DNA of 60,040 bases, filler included, from Actinomycetota bacterium (lineage in GTDB: Bacteria > Actinomycetota > Acidimicrobiia > Spongiisociales > UBA4744): assembly GCA_013152275.1 (NCBI GenBank). It is 3 parts of 3 records of this genome, joined end to end, with 100 filler letters (N's around TTAATTAATTAA, not from the genome) between each part and the next. Parts side by side here need not be neighbours in the genome. Positions count along the whole stretch, not along the records: positions 48,625 to 60,040 come from JAADGS010000077.1; 2 more parts are not named here. One strand, 5' to 3'. Made by a program: the position numbers and the translations under genes. This document shows, piece by piece, positions 58,550 to 60,040 of this stretch. Below the pieces are notes generated by a model, which saw nothing but the letters and a program-made list of their open reading frames with translations, had not been told where the DNA came from and searched no databases. How positions within the stretch are numbered: position 1 is the stretch's first letter; every line of letters begins with the position of its first letter.

Positions 58550-59674
58550 GTGGCACCAACAAGGCAACTAGTGAAAGTCATGGCGGTCGTAGTCGTACTG
58601 GCGGTCCTCTCGACCGCTTGCGCCGGCAGCAAGGGGGCGGAGCCCACGACGAACACCGTGGAGACTGCGTCCACCGCCGCAAGCACTGCAGAGACCGTAT
58701 CAACCACGGCACCATCAACCGCCACTACCGACGGCAATCAGCCGGCGACAGCCAAGACCCGTGTCTTGCTGCTGACCGAGAATCCCATCGGTGACAGCGC
58801 CTATTTCGGCAGCGGCAAGCGTGGCCTCGAGCGGGCTGCCGCGGATTTCGGGATCGAGACCGGAATCATCGAGGCGGCCAGCGATCCAACCAGCCGAAGC
58901 GACGCACTCCGCGGAGCAGTGCTGGAAGACTGGGATCTCATCGTGCTGATGTCCTTCGCATTCAACGACAGCCTCACAGAGGTTGCGCCCGAGCATCCGG
59001 ACCTCCAGTTCATATGTGTTGATTGCACCGTCGATGCCCCCAACGTCTTGAACCTCGACTTCCGAACACAGGAGGCCGCGTATCTGGAAGGTCTGATCGC
59101 CGGTCGACTGACTGAGACCAACATAATCGGTTCTGTGCTCGCCATCGATATTCCTTACCTGCACCGCTGGGTAGACCCGTATTACAACGGAGCCCTCGAG
59201 GTCAACCCCGACCTCACTCCCCTCGACCCGCTCGTGGTGGGTTCTTTCGACGATCCCGTTACCGCCAAGGAACTCGCTCTCACTGTGGCGGGGCAAGGGG
59301 CAGACATCGTCAACGGTCTGGCGGCAACCGGCAACGTTGGAGTGTTCGAAGCGGCGCAAGAAGCTGACTTCTTGTCGTTCGGCGTCGACGTCAACCAGTG
59401 CGGAGAGGCGCCTGGCCACATTATCGAGAATGTCGTCAAGCGGGTCGATGAGGTTGTATATCGATCAATAGAGAGCTTCTTGAATGGTGAAAAGCTCGGG
59501 ACCTTCGCGTCCTTTGGGCTGGCCGAGAACGGCGTCGGCCTATCGCAGTTCATCGAAGACGGCCCGACCGGTTGCGTGTTCGCAGACCACCCAGAGCTGT
59601 TCGACGAGATACTGGCCGCACAGCAGGCCATTATCGACGGAAGCATCGTGATTCCCGACCCCGCTGCCGGCTAG
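58550..59674 (+). CDS. BMP family ABC substrate-binding lipoprotein (start may be ATG 58580)
   Basis: Lipobox STAC, IGDSAYF, FRTQEAAYL.G, GSFDDP, FGVDVNQ, VKRVD. Confidence 0.93.
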   Translation: MAPTRQLVKVMAVVVVLAVLSTACAGSKGAEPTTNTVETASTAASTAETVSTTAPSTATTDGNQPATAKTRVLLLTENPIGDSAYFGSGKRGLERAAADFGIETGIIEAASDPTSRSDALRGAVLEDWDLIVLMSFAFNDSLTEVAPEHPDLQFICVDCTVDAPNVLNLDFRTQEAAYLEGLIAGRLTETNIIGSVLAIDIPYLHRWVDPYYNGALEVNPDLTPLDPLVVGSFDDPVTAKELALTVAGQGADIVNGLAATGNVGVFEAAQEADFLSFGVDVNQCGEAPGHIIENVVKRVDEVVYRSIESFLNGEKLGTFASFGLAENGVGLSQFIEDGPTGCVFADHPELFDEILAAQQAIIDGSIVIPDPAAG

Positions 59675-59723
59675 AGCGAAAGGCCCGGTCGGTTCCGACT
59701 CGGACGGACACCAGGGGACCAAG

Positions 59724-59750
59724 GCCGACGCAGGCCCGGCATGCGTCGGC
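59724..59750 (+). terminator. Hairpin downstream of the BMP gene
   Basis: GCCGACGCA/TGCGTCGGC 9-bp stem; no clear U tail. Confidence 0.35.
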
Positions 59751-60040
59751 TCAGGCCTTTGGCACCTCGGTCCTGGACGGAGAGCGGCCCGGCAGCAAGC
59801 ACAGAACAATATGCCCACGCCTTGGCGGGTTTGACCGGGAGATCTGGTCACCCCCGCCAATTGGTGTCACACGGTCTGAGAACCGATATGACGGCCCAAG
59901 GCACTGCTCATGGTTTCCCGGCTCCGACACTTGTGAGCATGCGTTGAAGACGAGACGGCCTGGGACCGTCAATCAAGAAGATTGTTCGTACCAGCACGAG
60001 GTCGACCACGGGAAAACCGGCGGCAGCTTCCTCGGGTCGC

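Noticed and set aside
59843..59880. Possible IS end (TGGTCACCCCCGCCAATTGGTGTCA) near the window end
   Set aside because: No partner IR, target duplication or transposase visible

Overview
High-GC actinobacterial DNA; gene content and style suggest Acidimicrobiia (inference). It is three separate contigs joined by artificial N/TTAATTAATTAA linkers at 25339-25438 and 48525-48624, so adjacency across those points is not biological. Contig 1 (1-25338): a TPP-enzyme/BASS-symporter/SDR operon; a TlpA-like redoxin that probably has a C-terminal selenocysteine (UGA followed by a SECIS-like hairpin); fumC; a 2-oxoacid dehydrogenase E1a/E1b/E2 cluster; a long TetR/hydrolase/Liv-type ABC/acyl-CoA ligase/FabH-like operon; FetAB-like ABC genes; and an RRM protein. 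Seven copies of a 51-bp nested-palindromic REP-like repeat are spread through it, and three directly bracket an AbiEi-antitoxin/DUF559 nuclease gene, a possible REP-plus-nuclease system with no RAYT. Contig 2 (25439-48524): a decaying genomic island integrated at tRNA-Leu(GAG) by a large serine recombinase. It carries secreted proteins and lipoproteins, an ECF sigma factor, a LuxR-type regulator, a MITE, an IR/TSD-bounded 707-bp gene cassette and an RHH-SEC-C protein. Core genes follow (secG, gpmA, tpiA, pgk, yvcK, rapZ, ogt, uvrC, uvrA), with no whiA or gap at their usual position. Contig 3 (48625-60040): a strictosidine-synthase-like protein, acyl-CoA ligase and enoyl-CoA hydratase, TA/IS remnants, and a GntR-hydrolase-nucleoside-type ABC cluster. 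All calls come from motif recognition by eye; no database searches were run.
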